Of a stretch of DNA of 64,000 nucleotides, positions 55,237 to 64,000 are shown piece after piece (positions within the stretch are counted from its first letter, which is position 1; each line of letters starts with the position of its first letter). Position numbers and translations under genes: made by a program. The DNA comes from Candidatus Falkowbacteria bacterium HGW-Falkowbacteria-1 (GTDB lineage: Bacteria; Patescibacteriota; Patescibacteriia; Patescibacteriales; UBA12465), in contig PHAI01000002.1 in assembly GCA_002840305.1 (NCBI GenBank), positions 266,707-330,706 of the forward strand. Direction: 5' to 3'. The notes beneath the pieces were generated by a model that ran no database searches, was not told the DNA's origin, and saw nothing but the letters and a program-made list of their open reading frames with translations.

Positions 55237-56904
55237 TCAAATTTCCTCTAAACTCTCTATGCCCAAAAGTTTTAAAGCATTTTCTAATAATAAAGAGCAA
55301 GAGTATATAAAAATTAATCTAGCCTTTTTTAAATTATCCTCTGTCTGCAAAATATTAATTTTCTGATAATAATCATTAAATAGTTTGGCAAAATCAAAAA
55401 GATACTTAGCAATCTCACTAGGGTCATTGTCTTGCCCTGTCTTATAAACAATATCAGAATATTTAGCCATTTCCAAGGCTATCTTTTTTTCTATATCACT
55501 TTGCAATAAATCAAGACTGTATTCAACGCTCTCCGCAAAGTCAGCTTTTCTCAAGATGCTCTTCATCCTAACCAAGGTATATAAAATATACAGTGCACTA
55601 TAACCATCAAATCTTAAAGCCTCTTCTATATTGAAAGTTATCGTTTTGTTAGCGCCAACTTTTAACATCTCAAATTTTAAAATAGCCACGGCTAATTTTT
55701 GACAATTATTTTTTATTTTTTTATCGTCCCAGTCTTCATGCCTCTTTTTACTCTCTAATATTAGCTTATCAAAAATTTGATCAAAAAGATCTTTAAGCAA
55801 CACAACTTTGCCAGAACGAGAAGACATCATACCCTCTGGAAGTTTAACGAAATCATAAGCTAAATGAGTAAAATCATTTTTATAACCAGCTAACTCCAAA
55901 ATTTTAAACAATTGCTTAAAATGGAGACTCTGCCGAACATCAACTACAATAAAAGATTTTTTCAAGTCAGGAAAATCTTGATCCTTCTTTTCGGCTAGTG
56001 CTAAATCAGCTACGGCATACAAAGATGTCCCGTCGCTTCTAACGACTGGCAAAACACCCAACCCATATTCTTCCAAATCAGCAATTATGGCGCCTTGACT
56101 CTTTTTAAATATTCCCTTCTTTAAAAAATCGTCAACAATTTCTACTCCCCTCTTGGTAAAATCACTTTCAAAATAAGTTTTATAAAAATTTATATCCAAA
56201 AGAGAATAAATATCTTCAAATTCTTTCATGCTCAAATCCCTAGTCTTTTTCCACAAATCATAGTTTTCACCATCTTCCTTTTCTATCTCTATCATTATCT
56301 GACTAATTTCTTCTTTCAAGTCTGGATTCTTGTCAATCTCTGACACGGACCAAGCATAACACTGGCCTATATTTTGACTGTAATTTTGCTTATAAGCCCA
56401 AACTGTTTTGGCAGTGTTTATACCTAAATCATTAATGAAAGATACCGGATAAGAATCGAAACCGTTGGCCTTAGAAATTTTAACCAAAGAATCACCGAAG
56501 ACAATATTTCTCAAATGACCAATGTGAATTTCTTTATGAGTATTGGCGTTCGAATATTCAAAAATAATTTTTTGATTTTGGCCATCCTGATTATACCCTA
56601 AATCATTCTTATTATTTAAGACGTAAGAAATGGTTTCATTAAACAAAAACTTTTTATCAAGAAAAAAATTGAGATAAGGGCCGCTTGCTTCTATCTTTTC
56701 AAAAATAAAATTCAATTCATTATCATTTAAAATCTTCTCCCTAAAATCGTTTGCCAATTCCTGCACGTTTATTTTTCTTTCCTTGGACAAAGAAAAAAGA
56801 GGCAAAGAAATATCGCCCATTTCACTATTTGGTGGATAAGCAAAAATATCAATATTAATTTTCAATTTTTTGCCTATTAGTTGTTTTATTTCCTTCAAAA
56901 TCAT
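55237..56904 (-). CDS. argS: Arginyl-tRNA synthetase
   Basis: SNANTHKEIHIGHLRN (HIGH) and MSSRSGKVV (a KMSK-like motif). 555 aa. Confidence 0.9.
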   Translation of the reverse strand: MILKEIKQLIGKKLKINIDIFAYPPNSEMGDISLPLFSLSKERKINVQELANDFREKILNDNELNFIFEKIEASGPYLNFFLDKKFLFNETISYVLNNKNDLGYNQDGQNQKIIFEYSNANTHKEIHIGHLRNIVFGDSLVKISKANGFDSYPVSFINDLGINTAKTVWAYKQNYSQNIGQCYAWSVSEIDKNPDLKEEISQIMIEIEKEDGENYDLWKKTRDLSMKEFEDIYSLLDINFYKTYFESDFTKRGVEIVDDFLKKGIFKKSQGAIIADLEEYGLGVLPVVRSDGTSLYAVADLALAEKKDQDFPDLKKSFIVVDVRQSLHFKQLFKILELAGYKNDFTHLAYDFVKLPEGMMSSRSGKVVLLKDLFDQIFDKLILESKKRHEDWDDKKIKNNCQKLAVAILKFEMLKVGANKTITFNIEEALRFDGYSALYILYTLVRMKSILRKADFAESVEYSLDLLQSDIEKKIALEMAKYSDIVYKTGQDNDPSEIAKYLFDFAKLFNDYYQKINILQTEDNLKKARLIFIYSCSLLLENALKLLGIESLEEI

Positions 56905-57099
56905 AAAGACTATTCAATTAGTGCTAACAAAATTGTATATTATTTGAAACGTTTTGTCTACACTGGCCATCTTTATTTTTCCCGCTTATACACCCTCTTA
57001 AAAGCAAGGGCCAACAACATGGTTTTTATGTTGTATATTTTTAAAAATATGTTATAATTTATATATAATGAAAATATTTAAAAATTAAAATTTAAAACT

Positions 57100-58110
57100 A
57101 TGGTCTCTTATAGAACGATTTTAAAACAAGCCTGGAGAATTTCCTGGAAAAATAAATTTCTATGGTTTTTCGGGTTTTTTGCTTCCCTTATTAGCTTTGG
57201 TGCTGAGTTTAAAATTATCTCCAGATCAATAAGTCAAGAAACTGGCTTCAAAATGTTAAACAATATCGGCATGTTTATAAAGACTGGTATTTTTTCCAAA
57301 AATGCTCTAAACAATGCTCTCGAATTAATAAAAACAGACCTAGGCTCATTTTTAGCCTTAATCTTATTTTTACTTTTAATCTTGGCCGTTTTCTTGTTCT
57401 TTGTTTGGTTGGCTACTGTTTCCCAAATATCTATTATTGACGCTGTTAAAAAGATAACAAAAAACGTCAAGGAAAAAATAACAATAAAAAATCAACTAAA
57501 CAAAGCCAACGCAAAATTTTGGCCAGTTCTATGGATGAATCTAATCATGAGTGTAATGATAAATGGAATAACTCTTTTGATCAGTATTTTGTTGATATTT
57601 ATACTGCTTCAAAATAAACCAATCTTCCTCTTTCTATACGGAATCATCTTTATTGCCTTTATTCCAATAATCTTATTCCTATCTTTTATAATTAAATATT
57701 CTATCGCCTACGTAGTAATTGACGGCAAGAGCTTTTCATCAGCCCTAAAAAAGGGTTGGAAATTATTTAGAGACAACTGGTTGATAAGCATAGAAATGGC
57801 GATAACATTGTTTTTTATAAACATCGTGGCCATGTTAGCAGTTTCAACCTTAGCATTTTTAGGTCTAATATTTATAATAGGGATAGCCATGACTTCTACT
57901 ATTTTTATTATTTCTTCGCAAATTATTTTCTGGTTCTTGATAACTATTGCAATTCTACTTGCTGTAGCAATAATGATTGTAGGTGGGTCAATAATTAACA
58001 CCTTCCAAATAAGCACCTGGACGGATTTATTTATAAAGTTAAAAGAAAATAAAGTTAGTGGTAAATTAGAAAGAATTTTCTCCGAAGGAAATACCCCAAA
58101 TAAACTATAA
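57100..58110 (+). CDS. Hypothetical polytopic membrane protein
   Basis: 336 aa with about 6-7 TM segments. Its stop lies 3 nt before the start of the ATPase gene. Confidence 0.55.
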   Translation: MVSYRTILKQAWRISWKNKFLWFFGFFASLISFGAEFKIISRSISQETGFKMLNNIGMFIKTGIFSKNALNNALELIKTDLGSFLALILFLLLILAVFLFFVWLATVSQISIIDAVKKITKNVKEKITIKNQLNKANAKFWPVLWMNLIMSVMINGITLLISILLIFILLQNKPIFLFLYGIIFIAFIPIILFLSFIIKYSIAYVVIDGKSFSSALKKGWKLFRDNWLISIEMAITLFFINIVAMLAVSTLAFLGLIFIIGIAMTSTIFIISSQIIFWFLITIAILLAVAIMIVGGSIINTFQISTWTDLFIKLKENKVSGKLERIFSEGNTPNKL

Positions 58111-58113
58111 AAT

Positions 58114-61100
58114 ATGAGTGGATTCAATTCAATTTCCAGTTTGTTAAACAAGGATGAGGAGGCAAATGAAGACAGTGCGCAAGGCAAATTTGCGGTCAAA
58201 CAAAAGGAAATAGAACTAAAAGAAGTGGAAAGACAAACTCAGACCAAGGCTTCGACCTTGGGTCTTTCTTATGTTGATTTGTTTGCCTTTCCGGTGAGCC
58301 CAGAAGCTATTGCTCTAATACCAGAAGAAGAGGCCGAAAAAGAAAAACTTGTTTGTTTTTATTACGATGGTGAAAATATAAGAGTAGGAACGACCAGGCC
58401 AGAAAATCCAAAAATAAAAGAAATGGAAGAATATTTAAACAAAACCTACTTTACAACAAGCAAGGCATATTTGATATCCGAAAATAGTTTTAAATGCGCC
58501 ATGGATGTTTACAAGACAATACCAAAGGTAAGCAAAGTAACTGGTGGCGTGGAGATAAAAGAAGAAGACCTAGAAAGATTTAAATCGGATATCAAGGATT
58601 ATAAAAGTTTAAACGAAAAAATAAACACTGTTAATATATCCGAAGTTGTAACACTCGTATTGGCAACAGCTTTAAAAGTTGGTTCCAGTGATATCCATAT
58701 TGAATCTGAAGAGAATGGAATAGTTGTAAGACTCAGGATTGACGGCGTCTTACAAGAAGCTGCTACGATCGACAAAATCAAATGGAAAAGAATAATATCC
58801 CGCATGAAAATACTGGCTGGAGTAAAAATAAACATAGAAGACAAGCCACAAGATGGTAGATATTCTATTTTTTTAAAAAATGAAAGAGTTGATGTTAGGT
58901 CTTCCTTCTTGCCGACCTCTTATGGCGAAAGCGTGGTTATGAGACTTTTAAAATCAAGCTCAGTTGGATTATCATTTGAGGATTTAGGTATTATGCCCCA
59001 GGCCTACGAAATATTAAAAAAGGAAATTGAAAAACCAAATGGCTTAATTCTTACAACTGGTCCGACTGGAAGCGGAAAAACAACCACTCTTTATGCTATT
59101 TTAAACAAGTTAAACCAACCAGGAACAAAAATTATAACCTTGGAAGATCCAATAGAATACCAACTAGAGGGTGTAAACCAAAGTCAAATAAACGCCAAAA
59201 AGGGCTATACTTTTGCCAACGGTCTAAGATCAATACTTAGACAAGATCCGGACATAGTTATGATTGGCGAAACTAGAGACCTGGAAACAGCTGAAATTTC
59301 AGTTCAAGCCAGTTTAACTGGACACTTAGTTTTATCAACACTACACACCAACGATTCTGCCGGAGTAATACCTCGCTTAATTGACATGGGAATAAAACCG
59401 TATTTTCTTGTCCCCTCTATAAACGCCGTGATAGGACAAAGATTGATTAGAAAAGTTTGCCCTAAATGTAGGGAGGTACATCAATTAAATGAAGATGAAG
59501 AATTATTAGTAAAAAAAATATTAGGAGTAATATCTCCTAAATCAGGGCTAAGCATCCCAACGACACTACCATCTTTATACAAAGCTGGGGCTGGTTGCGA
59601 ACATTGTAACGGTCTAGGATATAAAGGAAGAATCGGTATCTACGAAGTATTTACCATGGACGATAAATTAAAGCAATTAACCATAGACAATGCTCCATCT
59701 TTTAAAATACTACAACAAGCTATAGAAAATGGAATGATAACCATGCTTCAAGACGGAATACTTAAGTCATTAAAAGGATTAACCACCTTAGAAGAAGTTT
59801 ATAGGGTCATCGGAGACTTTGATTATGTCAACGAATTGTATGACGTAGCTATTTCAAAAACAATGGGAAGAGGAATCAAAATTAAAGCAGAAGATTTAGA
59901 AAAAGCAAAAAATTTAATAAAACAACCAGAGTCTATACAAGGACTAATGAGAGAGGTGCCAACCAAAGAAATAATAGGAATCTTGATGTCCTTGGCTATA
60001 AAAAGTGATGCCGGAGATCTTCACGTTGAACCAACGGAAAAAAATGTAAAGATTCGTTTTAGAATAGACGGAGTTTTGCACGATATATTTGAATTACCAA
60101 AGGATAATTATCTCCCACTTTTGGGTGAAATTAAAATATTAATTGGAGTAGAGACTAATGTCAAAAAATCAACCATAGATGGGCGCTTTACTATTTTTAT
60201 GCCAGATTCAAAACTTGATTGTCGTGTTTCTATTATATCTGGGGGTTTTGGAGAAACAGTGGTAATAAGATTACTAACTGGAGCCGGAGAAGCTTTGGAT
60301 GTAGAAAAATTGGGCTTATCAAAATATGCTTTGCCAGTTCTTAAGAGGTCAATGGTCAAAACCAGGGGAATACTTTTAACTACTGGTCCGACAGGAAGTG
60401 GTAAAACAACAACATTGTATAGCGTATTAAAAACAATAAACACCCCCGACGTTAAAATAATAACCGTTGAAGATCCGATAGAGTACCAAATGGAAGGAAT
60501 TATTCAAACTCAAATTGACAGTGAGGGTGGATACACCTTTGCAGCCGCCATGAGATCGCTGCTTAGACAAAACCCAAACATCATGATGATTGGAGAAATA
60601 AGGGACAAGGAAACGGCTGAGATAGCAATTGAGGCTGCTCTTACTGGACACTTAGTTCTGTCAACTATCCATACCAACAGTGCGGCTGGCGCTGTTTCTC
60701 GTTTTTCCGGCTTAGGTGTTGAAAGACAAATGCTAGCCAACGCTCTAGAATGCTCCATCGGACAAAGATTGGTTAGAAAAATATGCCCATTCTGCGAAAA
60801 AGAAGAGTTAGTCTTGGACGATATAAAACTAGCTGAAATAAAAAACATATTAGACAGTATAAAAAACCCAGATGTCATAATTCCAAGTCAAATGAAATTC
60901 TACAGAGGCAAAGGCTGCGACAAATGTAATAATATAGGTTATAAAGGCAGACTTGGATTATACGAAGCACTAGAAGTAAGCGACGATGTAAGAAAAATAA
61001 TAAACACTGAATCAGCTAGCGATAAAGAAATCGAAGAGGCGGCCATCAAAAATGGCATGGTAAGCGTTATCCAAGATGGAGTGTTAAAAGCTTTGGAAGG

Positions 61101-61140
61101 ATTAACAACAATCGACGAAGTGTTTAGAGTTGCTAAGTAA
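58114..61140 (+). CDS. Tandem-fused double PilB/GspE-type secretion/pilus ATPase
   Basis: Module 1 (aa 1-567) has an N-terminal GspE_N-like domain. It also has Walker A GPTGSGKTTT (nt 59059-59082), DPDIVMIGETRD, TGHLVLSTLHTN and CPKC..CEHC. Module 2 (aa 568-1008) repeats all of these: GPTGSGKTTT (nt 60385-60408), NPNIMMIGEIRD, TGHLVLSTIHTN and CPFC..CDKC. Confidence 0.85.
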   Translation: MSGFNSISSLLNKDEEANEDSAQGKFAVKQKEIELKEVERQTQTKASTLGLSYVDLFAFPVSPEAIALIPEEEAEKEKLVCFYYDGENIRVGTTRPENPKIKEMEEYLNKTYFTTSKAYLISENSFKCAMDVYKTIPKVSKVTGGVEIKEEDLERFKSDIKDYKSLNEKINTVNISEVVTLVLATALKVGSSDIHIESEENGIVVRLRIDGVLQEAATIDKIKWKRIISRMKILAGVKINIEDKPQDGRYSIFLKNERVDVRSSFLPTSYGESVVMRLLKSSSVGLSFEDLGIMPQAYEILKKEIEKPNGLILTTGPTGSGKTTTLYAILNKLNQPGTKIITLEDPIEYQLEGVNQSQINAKKGYTFANGLRSILRQDPDIVMIGETRDLETAEISVQASLTGHLVLSTLHTNDSAGVIPRLIDMGIKPYFLVPSINAVIGQRLIRKVCPKCREVHQLNEDEELLVKKILGVISPKSGLSIPTTLPSLYKAGAGCEHCNGLGYKGRIGIYEVFTMDDKLKQLTIDNAPSFKILQQAIENGMITMLQDGILKSLKGLTTLEEVYRVIGDFDYVNELYDVAISKTMGRGIKIKAEDLEKAKNLIKQPESIQGLMREVPTKEIIGILMSLAIKSDAGDLHVEPTEKNVKIRFRIDGVLHDIFELPKDNYLPLLGEIKILIGVETNVKKSTIDGRFTIFMPDSKLDCRVSIISGGFGETVVIRLLTGAGEALDVEKLGLSKYALPVLKRSMVKTRGILLTTGPTGSGKTTTLYSVLKTINTPDVKIITVEDPIEYQMEGIIQTQIDSEGGYTFAAAMRSLLRQNPNIMMIGEIRDKETAEIAIEAALTGHLVLSTIHTNSAAGAVSRFSGLGVERQMLANALECSIGQRLVRKICPFCEKEELVLDDIKLAEIKNILDSIKNPDVIIPSQMKFYRGKGCDKCNNIGYKGRLGLYEALEVSDDVRKIINTESASDKEIEEAAIKNGMVSVIQDGVLKALEGLTTIDEVFRVAK

Positions 61141-61168
61141 AATATAGCCCTTAATTTAAAACAAAAAT

Positions 61169-61750
61169 ATGATAGATAAAAAATTTATTAGCGCCTTAAG
61201 GAAAAACTATTTAGAAAAAAACAGTCAAAGAAGACAAATAATCAGCTCTTCTAATATTGTTCTAAATAATTCCAAAAAGGCGATATTCGCTCTTCACCGA
61301 CAAGACTTTGACTTAGCTGAAAATAACATGAAAGAGTCTGAAAATATAATCAAAAAAATTGAAAAAAGTTTTGGAGCAGACAGAGTGAAGGAAGAGGGCG
61401 CATATTTAGCATCCTTGGAAGAATATACTGAAGCAAAACTATTCTTACAATTTTTAAAAACAGGCAAAATATCAAAAATAAAAGAACTAAATATACCCTC
61501 AGAAGCTTATATCGGCGGTCTTTGTGACTTAAGCGGAGAGCTCATAAGAAAAGCTACCAACGAGGCTATAAACAAAAACTTCCAAGAAATAAAAAAAATA
61601 AAAGAAATTATTAATGACATTCTAAATGAATTAATAGATTTTGACGTTATCGGTTATATGAGAACAAAATATGACCAAGCAAGAGGAAACCTAAAAAAAA
61701 TAGAACAAATGGACTACGAAATAAGCTTGAGAGAAAATTTTAAGAAATAA
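61169..61750 (+). CDS. Translin-family-like protein (tentative)
   Basis: The helical 193-aa protein has YIGGLCDLSGELIRKA and MRTKYDQARGNLKKIE, which resemble the prokaryotic translin-like family. The call is from memory only. Confidence 0.4.
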   Translation: MIDKKFISALRKNYLEKNSQRRQIISSSNIVLNNSKKAIFALHRQDFDLAENNMKESENIIKKIEKSFGADRVKEEGAYLASLEEYTEAKLFLQFLKTGKISKIKELNIPSEAYIGGLCDLSGELIRKATNEAINKNFQEIKKIKEIINDILNELIDFDVIGYMRTKYDQARGNLKKIEQMDYEISLRENFKK

Positions 61751-61764
61751 TAAAAAAAGATAAA

Positions 61765-62253
61765 ATGAGACTAGCTATAATATCTGATATACATGACAAC
61801 CTGGCCAATGTTGGCCTTTTTTTAAAAATAATAGAAAACGATAACATAGAAAAGATAATTTGTTGTGGGGATGTTTGCAATTCTGAAACCTTAGAATACC
61901 TAAGTAAGAATTTTATCAAAGAAATAATCTTGATTAGAGGAAACATGGAAATATACAAAGAAGACGAAACGGCTAATTACAAAAATATAAACTATTTGGG
62001 AAGATATGGAAATATAAATTTAGATAATATTGAAATAGGAATTTGCCACGAACCATTATTTATGAACAATCTACTACAAGAAAACAAAAAACTAAACTTT
62101 ATTTTTTATGGACATACTCACAAACCATGGATATCAATGAGAGAAAATGCCACACTAATAAACCCTGGAACACTAAGCGGCGTTTTTCAAAAAGCAAGTT
62201 TTGCTATTTTTGACACTAAGACGAAAGATATAAAATTAAAAATACTACAATAA
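61765..62253 (+). CDS. YfcE/MJ0936-type metallophosphoesterase
   Basis: AIISDIHDN, CCGD, RGNME and GHTHKP. Confidence 0.8.
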   Translation: MRLAIISDIHDNLANVGLFLKIIENDNIEKIICCGDVCNSETLEYLSKNFIKEIILIRGNMEIYKEDETANYKNINYLGRYGNINLDNIEIGICHEPLFMNNLLQENKKLNFIFYGHTHKPWISMRENATLINPGTLSGVFQKASFAIFDTKTKDIKLKILQ

Positions 62254-62303
62254 ATATAAAAAACCCGTCCCCGCCTATTCAAGGCTCCGGTGTAATAAAA
62301 AAT

Positions 62304-63077
62304 ATGGAAACATTTAAAAAAACAGCCCTTAAGGCCGCAGAACTATCAGCAAAAAAATTAATAAATATATACAACAACTTTGAAAGATCAAGTATAAAAA
62401 TGAAATCGTCACATGAAATAATTACTAGCGCCGACCTGCTGTCAGAAAAAATAATCATCTCTGAAATCAAAAAAAATTTTCCAAAACATCACATATTATC
62501 CGAAGAAACGGGAGATAATAATAAAAAATCTGATTACCTTTGGATAATAGATCCAATAGACGGCACTACTAATTTTTCAATGAAAAATCCTCTCTGGGCC
62601 ATTTCTATAGCCTTGGCCTATAAAAACGAGATTATCCTAGGGGTAGTTTTCGCCCCTATTCTTAAAGAGGTTTACGTTGCGCAAAAAAATAAGGGATCTT
62701 TTCTGAACAATAAGAAAATTAAAGTCTCCAAAATTAAAGGAGAAAAAGTTTTGAACACTTTTTGTCATGGAAGTAAAACTGAAAACATAAAAAAGGCTAT
62801 AAAATACTACAACAAACAAAAATTAAACAATTTTGATTGCCGTCAACTCGGTAGCGCTTCAATTGAATTAGCCTATGTTGCTTGCGGAAGAATAGAATCA
62901 ATAACAATCCCTGGGGCGCATTCTTGGGATGTCGCGGCTGGAGCTCTAATCGTAAAAGAGGCTAACGGAAAAGTAAGCGACTTTAAAAATAAAAACTGGG
63001 ATCTATCCAGTAAAGACATAATAGCTTCAAACGGCTTAGTGCATCAACAAATTATTGACACCGTCAAAAATCTTTAA
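62304..63077 (+). CDS. Inositol monophosphatase family protein
   Basis: EETG, WIIDPIDGTTNF and WDVAAG motifs. Confidence 0.85.
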   Translation: METFKKTALKAAELSAKKLINIYNNFERSSIKMKSSHEIITSADLLSEKIIISEIKKNFPKHHILSEETGDNNKKSDYLWIIDPIDGTTNFSMKNPLWAISIALAYKNEIILGVVFAPILKEVYVAQKNKGSFLNNKKIKVSKIKGEKVLNTFCHGSKTENIKKAIKYYNKQKLNNFDCRQLGSASIELAYVACGRIESITIPGAHSWDVAAGALIVKEANGKVSDFKNKNWDLSSKDIIASNGLVHQQIIDTVKNL

Positions 63078-63091
63078 CAAAAAATAATCGA

Positions 63092-63907
63092 CTATAAGTC
63101 GATTATTTTTTTTATCTCTGATATTTTTTTTCTAGTTTCTTCTTCTGCGTTTCTCATTATGGCTTGAAAAACATCTTTGCTGAAATAAGTTCTTATTCCA
63201 GAATCTTTGGAAAAATTAGAAGAATCTGGATTTATAACCACATCAGAATCTTTTAATGTATTTTTGCTTAAATTAAACAAGGTTATTTCTATGGATCTCA
63301 TAATAACTTTAGAAAAATCTAGCTGTTTATGAAAAAGGCGATACTCATTATAAAGATCAACAGAGATAACAACATCGGCTCCCATTTTTCTAACAACATC
63401 ATCGGGAACGGGATTACTCATCCCTCCATCAACCAAAAATTTATCTTTAAACTTCAACGGAGAAAAAGCCAATGGTATAGAAATGCTAGCCCTAACTGCT
63501 GTTGCCAGGTCACCTTCGTTGAAAATAAAAGAAGACCCAGAAACCAAATCAGTAGAAATTATAGATAAAGGAATTTTTAAATCGCTAAAGCTAGATTTCA
63601 CAAATAGCTTTCTAAAATCATTTTCAAATGTTTTCCCGCTCAAAAAACCATCATTGAAACTAAGATCCCTTAAATAAGAGTATTTTTTTTCTTGTTGTTT
63701 TAAGAAATCGTCCGAAGTTTTTTTAATATCTTTAAAAAGACAATAATGAGCCCCAACCAATGATCCCACGCTACTTCCGGCCACAAAATCGATTGGTATG
63801 TCATTCTCCAACAAAACTTTTATTACCCCAATATGAGCGGACCCCCTAAAACCACCGCTACCCAAGGCTAAACCAACTTTTTTTCTTTTTTTATTATTGC
63901 TTTTCAT
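63092..63907 (-). CDS. Patatin-like phospholipase
   Basis: GSGGFRG oxyanion motif, the GSSVGS nucleophile elbow and DGG (catalytic Asp). Confidence 0.85.
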   Translation of the reverse strand: MKSNNKKRKKVGLALGSGGFRGSAHIGVIKVLLENDIPIDFVAGSSVGSLVGAHYCLFKDIKKTSDDFLKQQEKKYSYLRDLSFNDGFLSGKTFENDFRKLFVKSSFSDLKIPLSIISTDLVSGSSFIFNEGDLATAVRASISIPLAFSPLKFKDKFLVDGGMSNPVPDDVVRKMGADVVISVDLYNEYRLFHKQLDFSKVIMRSIEITLFNLSKNTLKDSDVVINPDSSNFSKDSGIRTYFSKDVFQAIMRNAEEETRKKISEIKKIIDL

Positions 63908-63913
63908 AATAAC

Positions 63914-64000
63914 TTATTTATTAAATACTTCCTTAAGATATTTACCAGTATACCCTTTTTTGGCCTTAATGATATCAACTGGAGTCCCACAGGCAACTAG
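63914..64000 (-). CDS. uvrA: Excinuclease ABC subunit A, C-terminal tail only (5' part outside the window)
   Basis: My hand translation gives LVACGTPVDIIKAKKGYTGKYLKEVFNK*, which matches the conserved UvrA C-terminus (GTPE...SYTGxYLK). Confidence 0.6.
   Translation of the reverse strand, partial: LVACGTPVDIIKAKKGYTGKYLKEVFNK

Noticed and set aside
58114-61140. The double ATPase could be an assembly artefact, such as a collapsed or duplicated repeat or two genes merged
   Set aside because: The two modules are only about half identical at the protein level and differ throughout at the nucleotide level. The junction (..EEVYRVIG|DFDYVNELYD..) is in frame with no stop in between. A sequencing-error-masked stop cannot be fully excluded without reads.
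1-64000. Alternative genetic code (UGA recoding, as in some candidate phyla)
   Set aside because: TGA terminates well-supported ORFs (e.g. 3305-3307 and 52547-52549). Conserved proteins such as gyrA, asnS and argS translate full-length with the standard code.
1-64000. tRNA, rRNA, tmRNA, RNase P RNA and CRISPR arrays
   Set aside because: I scanned every intergenic gap longer than about 70 nt by eye. None shows cloverleaf-compatible GC-rich arms, rRNA-like conservation, a tmRNA tag or CCA end, the RNase P GAGGAAAGUCC box, or regularly spaced direct repeats.

Overview
This is an AT-rich, gene-dense bacterial fragment. Hand counts on sample lines give roughly 20-35% GC for most genes. It uses the standard genetic code, since TGA acts as a stop (e.g. 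at 3305-3307 and 52547-52549). There are about 70 genes, mostly on the minus strand. I found no rRNA, tRNA, CRISPR array, transposase or integrase.

The housekeeping backbone includes:
- tRNA synthetases: hisS, asnS, proS, glyQS, argS
- translation: rpmE, prfA, prmC
- DNA metabolism: gyrA, ruvA, rmuC, hup, a uvrA tail
- nucleotide metabolism: ndk, dCMP deaminase
- cell shape: mreB-mreC-mreD plus a second mreB
- dTDP-rhamnose genes: rfbA, rfbD, rfbB, rfbC
- a MacAB-like ABC efflux operon

Many short, membrane-anchored orphan proteins are interspersed. The gene content and style suggest a reduced-genome bacterium, plausibly Patescibacteria/CPR. That placement is inference only.

The headline feature is a complete diversity-generating retroelement (DGR) at 17.9-20.6 kb.
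- It has a reverse transcriptase, an Avd-like four-helix protein, a 134-nt template repeat (TR, 19351-19484) and a 134-nt variable repeat (VR, 19833-19966).
- The VR forms the 3' end of a 206-aa target gene with no signal peptide.
- All 15 TR/VR differences fall on TR adenines.
- The cassette is atypical in three ways: avd is inverted between TR and RT; a terminator separates VR from TR; and a C13 homopolymer sits where a 1-nt slip would restore a full-length, ATG-initiated avd.

Other items worth a second look:
- a 1008-aa tandem fusion of two complete PilB/GspE-type secretion ATPase modules
- a higher-GC four-gene orphan island (50.5-53.8 kb), each gene with a near-consensus promoter, one pair sharing a 23-bp perfect palindrome
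- a promoter-to-terminator unit of about 200 nt that looks like a structured ncRNA (38.35-38.55 kb)
- a GC-rich repeat block embedded in frame in a CDS (43.95-44.07 kb)

All protein family calls come from motif recognition by eye. No database search or folding program was run.
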